From Nannocystales bacterium (GTDB lineage Bacteria; Myxococcota_A; Polyangia; Nannocystales; Nannocystaceae), in the NCBI GenBank assembly GCA_050633305.1, contig JBOEGF010000036.1, positions 1-64,000 on the forward strand: a stretch of DNA of 64,000 nucleotides, read 5' to 3'. The notes beneath the pieces were generated by a model. That model saw nothing but the letters and a program-made list of their open reading frames with translations, made no database searches and was not told where the DNA came from. The position numbers were made by a program, and so were the translations under genes. Position 1 is the stretch's first letter, and each line of letters begins with the position of its first letter. Below, piece after piece: positions 9,548-19,124 of this stretch.

Positions 9548-10885
9548 TCACTGCTGGAGCGTGACCTCCACGTGTGTCCCATGACGCACGGCACGACCGA
9601 GCGAGCGCGGGTCATCAGGGTGGCCGACGTAGCAGGCGAACAAGTGGACCGCCGTGATGCGGTCCAACAGAGACTCGAGCTTCCGCTCGAGCTCTTTACC
9701 AGACATCGGCCCGAGAACTCTGTTCGTGTTCTCGAATGTGACGCTCGATCCCCACGCCGCGTGGACTGTGCGCGCGTGGGATTCGGCGTTCCGGATCGTT
9801 GCGACATCGGGATCGAGGAGGCTGAGCGGTCCCTCATCCCTCCACATGTCCTGCAGCGTGCCGATGAGCTTTCCGACGGACTTCCTGGCCTCCACGCTCT
9901 CCTTGGTGAGCGATGCCAACACCTGAAGCACAGGCCTGTAGGCGCGTTCCGCGAGCTTTCCGATCAGGCTCGCGCACGCTCTGCAACGGTGCTCCGGTTG
10001 GATGGCGGTCTCAAAGGCGAGGAAATCGGGCAGGCACTCCACCAGACCGAGACCCACATCTCGCTGCAGCTGAGTCATGAGCTCCTCGTAGCGGTGCGCG
10101 GAAAGGCCGGCATCCCAGCGCGTCTTCATCCACGCGTGCAGCTCCGCCGCTTCTGGCTTCGCGAGCAGGCTGTCGCGAGCGGCGCGAGTGCTCTCTCGGA
10201 ATGAGTCGATGAACTCCTCTTCCTCGAACAACGGTTTCAGCCAGACCTTCGGGTCGCCGTCCTGAGCGACGAGGCCTCCCATGACGGCGACGAGAGTCGT
10301 CGGCTCGTGCAGCAAGGCGCCATTGTCGCCTATGAGGCTGATTGCCGTCGCGAGGTGGGATCGGCTAATCATCTGCTGCATCCAGTACGGGAAGCGTCCG
10401 AACCGCTCCTCACGGCGGAGGCGGCGAATGCCAAGCTCCTGGGCAAGCTTCATCGCCGTCCCGAAGAGCGTCTTCCGCTTCTGAACGAGCTCGGCCCTTA
10501 GACCGGCGTCGAACCCCTGTACTCGGAGGCCGACTGTTAGCTCCGCGCACGCGATGTCGGCGTGCATGTACTCGACCCGCAAGCGTGCCTCCGAGTCCAG
10601 GGCGAGCTCCAGGGCCAGCAGCTTTTCGAGACCGTAGCGGGCCTTGCCGAGCCTCGCGAGCTCAGGCTCGTCTTGAAAGGTCGCGCGCAGCCGAGCGGCC
10701 TCCACGAGATGTCGGTGGATCTCGACCCAGAGTTCAAAGATCTCCAGAGCCTCGAGCTCGAGATCCTGCGCGTGCTCCTCGATCTCTGCGAGCGTGGACC
10801 GTGCTTCGTCCCACTGCTGCCCGTCGCGAAAGCCGGTGACGGCCTGGAATCGCCCCTTCATGAACTCTGCAATCATGCTGATCAC
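9548..10885 (-). CDS. Hypothetical protein with putative C-terminal HEPN domain
   Basis: GAGGAG RBS before GTG 10885. Helical protein with LAERAY...SVGKLIGTL...IRNAESH (Rx4H motif). Confidence 0.6.
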   Translation of the reverse strand: MISMIAEFMKGRFQAVTGFRDGQQWDEARSTLAEIEEHAQDLELEALEIFELWVEIHRHLVEAARLRATFQDEPELARLGKARYGLEKLLALELALDSEARLRVEYMHADIACAELTVGLRVQGFDAGLRAELVQKRKTLFGTAMKLAQELGIRRLRREERFGRFPYWMQQMISRSHLATAISLIGDNGALLHEPTTLVAVMGGLVAQDGDPKVWLKPLFEEEEFIDSFRESTRAARDSLLAKPEAAELHAWMKTRWDAGLSAHRYEELMTQLQRDVGLGLVECLPDFLAFETAIQPEHRCRACASLIGKLAERAYRPVLQVLASLTKESVEARKSVGKLIGTLQDMWRDEGPLSLLDPDVATIRNAESHARTVHAAWGSSVTFENTNRVLGPMSGKELERKLESLLDRITAVHLFACYVGHPDDPRSLGRAVRHGTHVEVTLQQ

Positions 10886-10950
10886 CTCGATCTCTCCTCG
10901 GCCATCCTCGAATTGCCCAACAGCCCACCGCCATCCAGCGCCGGCCCCTT

Positions 10951-10995
10951 CTTGTCAGCTTGTCACGTGCGACGAAATCGTCAATGTGATAAGTT
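10951..10995 (+). promoter_or_regulatory. Putative divergent promoter/operator: imperfect palindrome overlapping an extended -10
   Basis: cttgtcac-gtgc-gacga-aa-tcgtc-aat-gtgataag (10959-10993). TG-a-TAAGTT at 10987-10995 ends 6 nt before GTG 11002, consistent with a leaderless transcript. Confidence 0.4.
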
Positions 10996-11001
10996 GAGAT
11001 C

Positions 11002-12168
11002 GTGCTCCCCACACACCACCTCGCGGCCAATCTGCGGCGGTTCCGTACCGCGCAGGGCTTGAGCCAGAGCGCACTCGCGGAGCGCGCCGGCCTGTCGCGC
11101 GTCGGCTACCGAGACCTCGAAACCGGCAAGTCGACCCCGCGTCCTGACACCCTTCAGAGTCTCGCCGATGCCCTCGGCGTCGCCATTCCGCATCTCCTTG
11201 CGCCCGTTCGCGAACTTCACCACGTCCGGTTCAGAGCCGACCGTCAGCTGGCGAAGCGCGAGAACATTCTCGCCGAGGTCGGCCGTTGGCTCGACGGCTA
11301 TCAGGAAGTCGAGCAAGCCCTTGAGTCGACCGCGGACTGGAAGCTCGCAGGGCTCGCCAAGAAGCTTCAGAGGTCTACACGCAGTGGCCAAGGTCTCGCC
11401 GAGTACGCAGCCCAGGAGGTCCGCAAGGACCTCGGCCTCGACGGCCAGCTCATTCGGGATATGTGCGGTCTGCTCGAGGACAACGGCGTCAAGCTGCTGA
11501 CCGTGCCCGTCGCCACCGATGGCTTCTTCGGACTCTCCGTAGGCCCGCAAGACGGTGGCCCCGCGGTCGTCATCAATGTTTGGGAGCGCATTACCGTCGA
11601 GCGCTGGATCTTCTCCGCCGCGCACGAACTCGCTCACCTGCTTCTGCATCCCACCGCCTACGACGTCGAGCGCGCCGACGAGAACCTCGAGGAAGAGAGA
11701 GAGGCCGACCTCTTCGCCAGTTTCTTCATTATGCCCCAGGACCTGTTTCAGACCGAGTGGGACGAGGCTCGCGGGCTCGGCCTCGTCGACCGGGTCTTCA
11801 AGCTCAAGCGGATTTTCAAGGTGAGCTGGCAGACCGTCGTCTACCGCGTCACTCTGGGGCTGCCCCGAGCGGAGAAGGACGCCATCTGGACCAGTTTTCG
11901 AGATGCCTATCGGGCGCGATTCGGACACGAAGCGCCAACGACCACCGAGCCCGAGGCCCTCACCGCCGATGCCTTCACCGGACCCCCGATCTCCCGGGCC
12001 GCCGATGAACCCGCCCGCTTCCTCGGCGACGACTTCCAGGAAGACCGACTCTGTGGACTCGTCCGCAAGGCCCTCGAAACCGAGAACATCTCGCTCGGCC
12101 GGGGCGCCGAGATCCTCGGCCTGAGTCTCCTCGACATGCGAGAGTTGCGGAACTCCTGGATCGACTGA
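11002..12168 (+). CDS. XRE-family HTH fused to ImmA/IrrE zinc metallopeptidase
   Basis: N-terminal LRRFRTAQGLSQSALAERAGLSRVGYRDLETG HTH; ERWIFSAAHELAHLLLH; EREADLFASFFIMP. Confidence 0.92.
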   Translation: MLPTHHLAANLRRFRTAQGLSQSALAERAGLSRVGYRDLETGKSTPRPDTLQSLADALGVAIPHLLAPVRELHHVRFRADRQLAKRENILAEVGRWLDGYQEVEQALESTADWKLAGLAKKLQRSTRSGQGLAEYAAQEVRKDLGLDGQLIRDMCGLLEDNGVKLLTVPVATDGFFGLSVGPQDGGPAVVINVWERITVERWIFSAAHELAHLLLHPTAYDVERADENLEEEREADLFASFFIMPQDLFQTEWDEARGLGLVDRVFKLKRIFKVSWQTVVYRVTLGLPRAEKDAIWTSFRDAYRARFGHEAPTTTEPEALTADAFTGPPISRAADEPARFLGDDFQEDRLCGLVRKALETENISLGRGAEILGLSLLDMRELRNSWID

Positions 12169-12172
12169 GCCT

Positions 12173-12667
12173 GTGACACGCGCTCTGTTGATCGTCGATG
12201 CGTGTGTGCTCATCGACTTCTGGCATGCCGACCCCAGCGTCGTCGCTTTGCTCTGTCGGCACGTCGGACAGCTGAACGTCGCGCAGGGCGTACTCGCCGA
12301 AGTTCACGGGCTCGATTCCAGCACCGCCCAAGACGCAGGCCTTCGAGTCATCCACCCAGAGTTCGAGGTCTTGGCCGAAGCTGCCACCGCGAAGCGTGGC
12401 CTGAGCTACCAGGACCAGCAGTGCCTCATCCTCGCGCGGATACACGGCTGGACCTGTGTCACCAACGACGGCCGGCTGCGACGGGTGTGCGCCGAGGATG
12501 GCGTCGACGTGCTCTGGGGTCTCGAGCTGCTCGCACAACTCGTCGAGGCGGCCGGAATCCCGGCCGCACAAGCCGTTGCACTCGCCTACGAGATGGCCCG
12601 CGCTAACCGTTACCTGACCGCCGCGATTTTGACCCGGTTCGAGGACCGCGTTTGTAGCCTCGATTGA
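12173..12667 (+). CDS. PIN-domain nuclease (putative toxin)
   Basis: LIVDACVLIDF, LSYQD and VTNDGRLR acidic PIN motifs; starts 4 nt after the XRE-ImmA gene. Confidence 0.8.
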   Translation: MTRALLIVDACVLIDFWHADPSVVALLCRHVGQLNVAQGVLAEVHGLDSSTAQDAGLRVIHPEFEVLAEAATAKRGLSYQDQQCLILARIHGWTCVTNDGRLRRVCAEDGVDVLWGLELLAQLVEAAGIPAAQAVALAYEMARANRYLTAAILTRFEDRVCSLD

Positions 12668-12724
12668 GCCGCCTCATTGGGGCTGACCGACCACACCCCG
12701 TGGTATCAACATCTACGCCGCGCC

Positions 12725-15700
12725 ATGAAGCCGAACACCTCTCAGCGGTCCCATCTCCTTGGCGCGCTGCGTGCCGACCTCATCGGCCCCTACGCCCCCG
12801 AGACGGGCGAGGAGGTCCTCGTGAAGCCGCCCATGCGGTGGTATCTCACCGGCTTCCTCGTCCCCGAAGGCGAGCTCAACCACGACACCGCTGCCGCCGG
12901 TGACGAAGATGAAGAGCTGGGTGCCGGCGATGAGCCTCAGGGCGAGGACAACCCCGAGCCGGCCGCCAAGCAGCGGCCCATCCTGCCCAGCGCCATCGGT
13001 CTGAGCGTCCTACTCCCCGATGCCCCCAGCTCCGGCCCGGACACCGTCGTCCTCGACCTCGCGTGGGGCGAGTACGTCCTGCACAACAAGAAGCAGGACG
13101 TCGAGAAGCTGTGTGCTGCGCGGCGGATCCCCGACAAGCGTGCCTTCACTGGTAAGGGGCTCGCTCGAGACCTCTGGGAGCGCGTAGCGAGGCAGGCCAA
13201 AGGCGTCACCCTCGATCTCAGCAAGGCAAAGAACGGCACGCTCGAGAAGTTCAATGTCCCGGGCGCTCCGGGCGTCAAGATCGAGTACCGCGTCGAGCGG
13301 CTCGAGCCCGCCGTCGCCGACAAGCTGCGCATCGGCAAGCCCGGCCAGGCCGCACGGGCGCTCGCCGTCTTCCTCGTCAACGGTCGCACCATCATGGCTG
13401 ACCGCGAGCAGGACGGCCGGGGCTACTCCCGCGAGCTCAACGCACAGAGCCTCTTCCAGCTCGACCTCAGCCTGCGCGCCAGCGGGGGCCTGCTTCCTCG
13501 GCCCGACGCCCACTTCAGCCGGTCCCAGGACTTCGACGACCGGATGGTCGACGTTCAGTTTCGTGACGAGGTCGAGTGGGTCGTCGGGCACGGCATCGCC
13601 GCCGAGCCGATCTGCGTCGACCCCTCCAAGCGACCGCACCCCAAGACCAACCCCGCCCTCGGTGCCAAGATCGAGTGGTTCCCGCGAACCCGCGTCGCCC
13701 GCGTCAAGCCGATCAACACCGACGACCTCGGCGTCGACGTCGACATGTTCAGCCTCGCCGACATCGACTCCCCCGAGGGCGTCGACAAGGCCCTCGGCAC
13801 CCTCCCGGCCGCCTATGCCGCCTGGATCCACAACCAGGCCAAGATCCCCCTCGAGGAGCCCGGGCATTGCCAGACCCAAGCCGAGCTCGTTCGCAGAGCC
13901 CAGACCGCGCTCGAGCGCATCCAGGCCGGCATCGATCTGCTGAAGGAAGACCCTGAGCTTCGTCAGGCCTTCGCCTGGGCCAACCGCGCCATGGCCGAGG
14001 TCGCCAAGCGCCGGATCAAGGTCCCCCGGCCCACGTGGCGCCTTTTCCAGCTCGCCTTCCTCCTGCTCAACATTCGCGGCGTCTCCGACCCGTCCCACAA
14101 GGACCGCCGCGACGTCGAGCTGCTCTTCTTCCCCACCGGCGGGGGCAAGACCGAGGCCTACCTCGGAGTCATCGCGATGACCCTGCTGCTTCGCCGGATG
14201 CGAGGGCAGACCCGCGAGGACGGAGGTCTCGGGGTCACCGTACTGCTGCGCTACACCCTGCGGCTGCTCACCCTCGACCAGCTCGAGCGCGCCTCTGCCC
14301 TCGTCTGTAGCCTCGAGCTGATCCGGCGAGAGCACCCCGACCAGCTCGGCAAGGAGCGGTACTCCATTGGTCTGTGGGTCGGCCGCTCCGGCTCTCCGAA
14401 CTATCTCAAGGAGGCCAAGAAGGCGATCGAGGCTTTCAAAGGCAACACCGCGGAGTCGCGCGGATCCCCGTTCCCGCTGGTCAAGTGCCCTTGGTGCGAG
14501 ACCGAGATCAAGGGCCGGCTCATGGCCACCCTCCCGCACGGCAAGGCCGCTCCCACGCGGACCGTCGTTGTCTGCGCCAACCGGGACTGCGAGTTCTCCA
14601 GCTCGGGTCGCGGCGAGGCCGGCAAGAAGGTCGGCGAGCTTCCCGTCCTCTTTGTCGACGAGCACATCTACGACGAGCTGCCCTGCTTCGTCGTCGCGAC
14701 CGTCGACAAGTTCGCCATGCTCACCCACCGCGGCCAGGCCGGAAAGCTCTTCGGTCGTGTACACAGCTACACTGACCAGGTCGGCGAGCACCGCCGCTAC
14801 TGGGGCGGTGGGGACGGCGAGAACCACGTCCGCCCCGGCAAGGGGGCCGAGCTTCTGCCCGATGGCCTGAGGCCCCCCGAGCTGATCGTGCAGGACGAGC
14901 TGCACCTGATCTCCGGCCCGCTCGGCACCATGGTCGGCCTCTTCGAGACGCTCGTCGAGTCCCTGTGCGAACTCGGGGATCCAGAGCATCGCACCGGACC
15001 CAAGATTATCGCCGCGACCGCCACCGTTCGCCGGGCGAGCGAGCAGGTCCGGGCGCTGTACGGTCGCGACAACGCCGAGCAGACCAAGCTCTTCCCGCCC
15101 CAGGGCGTCGATGCCTGGCAGACCTTCTTCGCCGAGCGCGACGCTGATGCCAACGAGCGCATGTACGTCGGCGTCGCTGCTGCGGGCCGCTCCATGAAGC
15201 GGAACCTGCTCACCACCTACCTCGCCTTGCTCGGTTCAGGCGAGGCACTGTTCAAGCAGGACCCCAAGTCCGCCGACCCCTACAAGACCGTCGTCGGCTA
15301 CTTCAACAGCCTCCGCGAGCTGGGCGGCATGCGCCGTCTCGTCGATGACGAGGTCCACTCCCGCGCCGGCAAGCTCGACGAGCGGATCCCGCTGGACCAC
15401 CGGGCCCCGCATCTGTGGTTCGCCAACCGAGAGATCGGCGAGCCTGTCGAGCTGACCAGCCGAGAGCGAACCTCCAACATCAGCCGCAACAAGGCCCGCC
15501 TCGAGACCGGCTTCCTCACCGATGGCGAGACGAAGAAGGACCGCGACGCCCTCACCCCCGTCGACGTCGCCCTCGCCAGCAACATGATCGCGGTCGGCGT
15601 TGACATCGACCGGCTCGGCATCATGGTCATGGCCGGCCAGCCCAAGACCACAAGCGAGTACATTCAGGCCAGCAGCCGCGTGGGCCGGGACGACAAGCGC

Positions 15701-16306
15701 CCCGGGCTCGTGGTCACCGTCTACAACCTGCACAAGCCTCGCGACCGCTCGCACTACGAGCACTTCGTCGCGTATCACGAGAGCTTCTACCGCTACGTCG
15801 AGGCGCAGAGCGTTACCCCGTTCTCCCTGCCTGCGCTCGATCGCGGACTCGCGTCGGTCGTCGTCGGCATGGTCCGGCATACCCGAGAGCCCAAGCTCGC
15901 CGCGCCGCGGGGTGCCGAGGAGACCGAGGCACTCGGTCGCGCCATGCCCTCGGTGGCGGATGTGCTTGCCACGCGCGCCGCCGCCCAGACCGAGGACCCC
16001 GCGATGTCGATGGAACATGCCGTCGTCACCCGGGCCAAGACCATCGGGGACAAGTGGCGAAACATCATCGACCCCACCGTCGACAGTGCGGGCTCCAAGG
16101 GACGCTACTGCTACTCGCCGTATGAGCGGACTGCCGCCAACGCCAAAGCGTTGATGCGGACGCCCGAGCAAGACGCCTCGGCGCCCGACGACGAGAAGAT
16201 CTCCTACACCGACAATCGCTACCCCTTCGTCGCGCCGACCTCCATGCGCGACGTGGAGCCGAGTATTGCGCTTTGGGTCCGCCGCCAACCGAAGAAGAAC
16301 GACTGA
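12725..16306 (+). CDS. drmA: DISARM SF2 helicase DrmA
   Basis: FPTGGGKTEAYLG, RYTLRLLTLDQ, ATVDKFA, QDELHLISGPLGTMVGLFE, NMIAVGVDIDRLG, GQPKTTSEYIQASSRVGR, PRDRSHYE and TSMRDVE. Alternative start at 12677. Confidence 0.93.
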   Translation: MKPNTSQRSHLLGALRADLIGPYAPETGEEVLVKPPMRWYLTGFLVPEGELNHDTAAAGDEDEELGAGDEPQGEDNPEPAAKQRPILPSAIGLSVLLPDAPSSGPDTVVLDLAWGEYVLHNKKQDVEKLCAARRIPDKRAFTGKGLARDLWERVARQAKGVTLDLSKAKNGTLEKFNVPGAPGVKIEYRVERLEPAVADKLRIGKPGQAARALAVFLVNGRTIMADREQDGRGYSRELNAQSLFQLDLSLRASGGLLPRPDAHFSRSQDFDDRMVDVQFRDEVEWVVGHGIAAEPICVDPSKRPHPKTNPALGAKIEWFPRTRVARVKPINTDDLGVDVDMFSLADIDSPEGVDKALGTLPAAYAAWIHNQAKIPLEEPGHCQTQAELVRRAQTALERIQAGIDLLKEDPELRQAFAWANRAMAEVAKRRIKVPRPTWRLFQLAFLLLNIRGVSDPSHKDRRDVELLFFPTGGGKTEAYLGVIAMTLLLRRMRGQTREDGGLGVTVLLRYTLRLLTLDQLERASALVCSLELIRREHPDQLGKERYSIGLWVGRSGSPNYLKEAKKAIEAFKGNTAESRGSPFPLVKCPWCETEIKGRLMATLPHGKAAPTRTVVVCANRDCEFSSSGRGEAGKKVGELPVLFVDEHIYDELPCFVVATVDKFAMLTHRGQAGKLFGRVHSYTDQVGEHRRYWGGGDGENHVRPGKGAELLPDGLRPPELIVQDELHLISGPLGTMVGLFETLVESLCELGDPEHRTGPKIIAATATVRRASEQVRALYGRDNAEQTKLFPPQGVDAWQTFFAERDADANERMYVGVAAAGRSMKRNLLTTYLALLGSGEALFKQDPKSADPYKTVVGYFNSLRELGGMRRLVDDEVHSRAGKLDERIPLDHRAPHLWFANREIGEPVELTSRERTSNISRNKARLETGFLTDGETKKDRDALTPVDVALASNMIAVGVDIDRLGIMVMAGQPKTTSEYIQASSRVGRDDKRPGLVVTVYNLHKPRDRSHYEHFVAYHESFYRYVEAQSVTPFSLPALDRGLASVVVGMVRHTREPKLAAPRGAEETEALGRAMPSVADVLATRAAAQTEDPAMSMEHAVVTRAKTIGDKWRNIIDPTVDSAGSKGRYCYSPYERTAANAKALMRTPEQDASAPDDEKISYTDNRYPFVAPTSMRDVEPSIALWVRRQPKKND

Positions 16307-16310
16307 AGCC

Positions 16311-18236
16311 ATGGCACGAGCAAGCAAGACTGGAGGCAAGGGCGGCAAGCCGCGCCCCGACGGCGAACTGCGGCAGAGCCAGATGATCACCACGTACGGG
16401 CCCGGTGCCCTCGTCGACCTGGTCGCGGACGCCGTCCTGATCCCTGGCCTCGAGCACTGGCACTACAACGGAGCTTCGGGCTACGGCATCGAGCACGACC
16501 GGCTGGCCCAGAACCTGCGCAAGCGGGGCCTCAAGCTGTCCAAGGGGTTGCCGTTTCGAGCGCCGCCCGTCAACGCCGACGAAGACCCCCACCGTGGATG
16601 CGGCATCGGGGCCGTGGAGTTTCCTAGCTGGTTCGTGTGCCCGCAGCGGGGGTGCGGACAGCTGTTGCACAAGCGGGATACCGAGCACCGCAGTGGACGC
16701 CGGGTCCACCGCTGCGTGAGCGCGAAGAAGGACAGCAAGCTCGTTCCGGTCCGTTTCGTCATGGCCTGCAAGAACGGCCACCTCGACGACTTTCCGTGGA
16801 ATTGGTTCGTGCACAAGGAGAAGGGCAGCATTTGTGCCGCGCCTGAGCTGCGCCTCACCGACAGCGGCAGCGGCGACCTCAGCGACGTCTTCGTGCGGTG
16901 CGATGGCTGCGGCGAGCGTCGTTCGATGGCTCAAGCCAGGGGCGAGAAGGCGCTACCTGGCTGTAAAGGCAAGCGTCCGTGGCTGGGCTACGGCGTTGGC
17001 GACAACAACGTCCGCGAGGAGTGCACCGAGGACCAGCGGTTGTTGCTGCGAACTGCGAGCAACGGCTACTTCTCCCTTGTCGAAAGCGCGCTGTCGATCC
17101 CGGTGCACAGCGGGCTGAAGGAGGACGTCAAGGCGTTCTTCGACCAGTACGAGGCCAAGCAGCTTCGCAAGCTCGACTCGCAAGCGAAGGTTGAGCTGAT
17201 GCGCGAGATGCTTCCGTGCATCAGCGATGACGCTCCCGCCTGCATCGCCAAACTCTCCGATGCCGAGCTCTGGGAGCGCCTGCAGACCTTCCGCACCGAA
17301 CGCGACGCCGACGTGGACTCTGGACCCGTTCGAGCGACGGAATACGCCACGATCCTCACCGCGGGCCCCGAGCGGCCGGGGAGCAAGTTCGACAGCTACG
17401 GGGAGCAGCGCGACTACTACGCCGAGCGTCCCGCTCCCGGCACCTGCCCGCTGCCGCAGGGGGTTCACGACCTCGTCCTGCTCAAGCGCCTCCGAGAGGT
17501 CCGGGTGCTCATGGGCTTCACGCGCCTGGAGTCCAAGTCCCAGGACATCTACGGCGAGTTCAACCTTGGGTCCGCGATCGCATCGGTCTCGGCCGCCAGC
17601 GATTGGCTTCCCGCCTCAGAGATCCGCGGCGAGGGCGTGTTCGTGGAGCTGGACATCGACCGGCTCGAGGCCTGGGAGCAGCGGGAGGCGGTGCTGGAGA
17701 GAGAAGCCAAGCTCCGGACCGGGTTTTTCGCTCGGTTCCCGAAAGCCGCCGAACAGGGGATCGACTTTCCCGGCGCCCGCTTCTATCTGCTGCACACGCT
17801 TTCCCACCTCTTGATCACACAGCTCGCGCTGACGTGCGGCTATGCGGCGTCGGCGATCCGCGAGCGGATCTACTGCAGCCTGCGCGGTTCGGACACCAAG
17901 GCTCCGATGGCCGGGATTCTGCTGTCGACCGGAAGCGCCGGCAGCGAGGGCACGCTGGGTGGACTCGTCGAACAAGGCCGGCGCATCGAGTTCCACCTCA
18001 CAGAAGCCTTGCGACGGGCCAACCTGTGCTCGCACGACCCCGTGTGCGCACGGCACAGTCCCTCCAGCGGCATCCCCGGGCGCTCCCTGCTCGGGGCTGC
18101 GTGCCATGGCTGCCTCTTCATCGCCGAGTGTTCGTGTGAGCGCGCAAATCAGTATCTCGACCGTGCGCTCGTCGTCCCGATCTTGGGTGAGCCCAAGGCC
18201 GAACAACTCGCCTTCTTCGACCCCGTCCGCGGCTGA
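16311..18236 (+). CDS. drmB: DISARM DrmB (DUF1998 domain)
   Basis: ELRQSQMITTYGPGALVDL, VRFVMACKNGHLDDFPW, LHTLSHLLI, GSEGTLGGL, CSHDPVC and AACHGCLFIAECSCE. Confidence 0.93.
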   Translation: MARASKTGGKGGKPRPDGELRQSQMITTYGPGALVDLVADAVLIPGLEHWHYNGASGYGIEHDRLAQNLRKRGLKLSKGLPFRAPPVNADEDPHRGCGIGAVEFPSWFVCPQRGCGQLLHKRDTEHRSGRRVHRCVSAKKDSKLVPVRFVMACKNGHLDDFPWNWFVHKEKGSICAAPELRLTDSGSGDLSDVFVRCDGCGERRSMAQARGEKALPGCKGKRPWLGYGVGDNNVREECTEDQRLLLRTASNGYFSLVESALSIPVHSGLKEDVKAFFDQYEAKQLRKLDSQAKVELMREMLPCISDDAPACIAKLSDAELWERLQTFRTERDADVDSGPVRATEYATILTAGPERPGSKFDSYGEQRDYYAERPAPGTCPLPQGVHDLVLLKRLREVRVLMGFTRLESKSQDIYGEFNLGSAIASVSAASDWLPASEIRGEGVFVELDIDRLEAWEQREAVLEREAKLRTGFFARFPKAAEQGIDFPGARFYLLHTLSHLLITQLALTCGYAASAIRERIYCSLRGSDTKAPMAGILLSTGSAGSEGTLGGLVEQGRRIEFHLTEALRRANLCSHDPVCARHSPSSGIPGRSLLGAACHGCLFIAECSCERANQYLDRALVVPILGEPKAEQLAFFDPVRG

Positions 18237-18240
18237 CCCG

Positions 18241-19122
18241 ATGACGCAAGACAAGTTCTCCCTGCGCACCGTCACCCCTGAGGTGCTCGAGGCGGCTTGG
18301 CAGCTCTTCACCGCGTTGCCGGCCCGTGCCCGCGTCACCGAAGCGCACGTCGTCGACGAGCAGCTCCGCGTCGCGCTCGTCGATTTTCTCGGCCAGCCCG
18401 CTTGGATCCTCGCAGGCATGCTCGAGGCCGTTCTCTCCGAGCGGGGTCGCATCGAGACCACGCAGCCACCCGCCGGAGTCGCACCGCGGCCCGTGTTCCG
18501 TCTGGAGCGCCGCTACGGGAACAACACACCTGAGTTGGTTTGGAGCGGACCCACAGGTGGCCGCAGCGGCGCACGAGCGACCCGGCACGTCATCGAAGAG
18601 CTATTTCGAGCCGCGAAAACGAGCGTGTTCATCGCTGGCTACAGCTTCTACCGCGCAGCGGAGTTGTTCGAGCCGCTCCGCGAACGGGTGAACCGTCAGC
18701 CCGAGAACGGGGCTCCAGCCTTAAAAATCCGCATCGTCATCGATTGCTCTGGCGTCAAGGACCCCTCGATGTCGACGGACGAGATCGTTCAGAAGTCGAT
18801 CGCAGAGTTCGTACGGTCGTGTCCGCAGGTCCGGGAACTCGGCGCGCGGGTTCAGTACTACGTGCCTTCCGCGTCGCGCACCGACAAGGGAAGAGCACTG
18901 TGCAGCATGCACGCGAAGTGCATCGTCGTAGACGACGAGTCCGTCCTCGTTGGATCCGCAAACTTCTCGAACCGTGGCCGTGATGATCGGAACCTTGAAG
19001 TCGGCGCGTTGATTCGCGATGCCAATTTCGCGTCCGTGCTCCTGGCGGCCTGGAGAGACGTCTCGAAGGACCTCGTGGACGTCTCGCTGCCTCCGAAGTC
19101 GTCGGGATCGTTGCCTGGTTAA
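18241..19122 (+). CDS. drmC: DISARM phospholipase D-family nuclease DrmC
   Basis: ELVWSGP and a single HKD motif MHAKCIVVD...VGSANFS...NLEVG, directly after drmB. Confidence 0.88.
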   Translation: MTQDKFSLRTVTPEVLEAAWQLFTALPARARVTEAHVVDEQLRVALVDFLGQPAWILAGMLEAVLSERGRIETTQPPAGVAPRPVFRLERRYGNNTPELVWSGPTGGRSGARATRHVIEELFRAAKTSVFIAGYSFYRAAELFEPLRERVNRQPENGAPALKIRIVIDCSGVKDPSMSTDEIVQKSIAEFVRSCPQVRELGARVQYYVPSASRTDKGRALCSMHAKCIVVDDESVLVGSANFSNRGRDDRNLEVGALIRDANFASVLLAAWRDVSKDLVDVSLPPKSSGSLPG

Positions 19123-19124
19123 GC

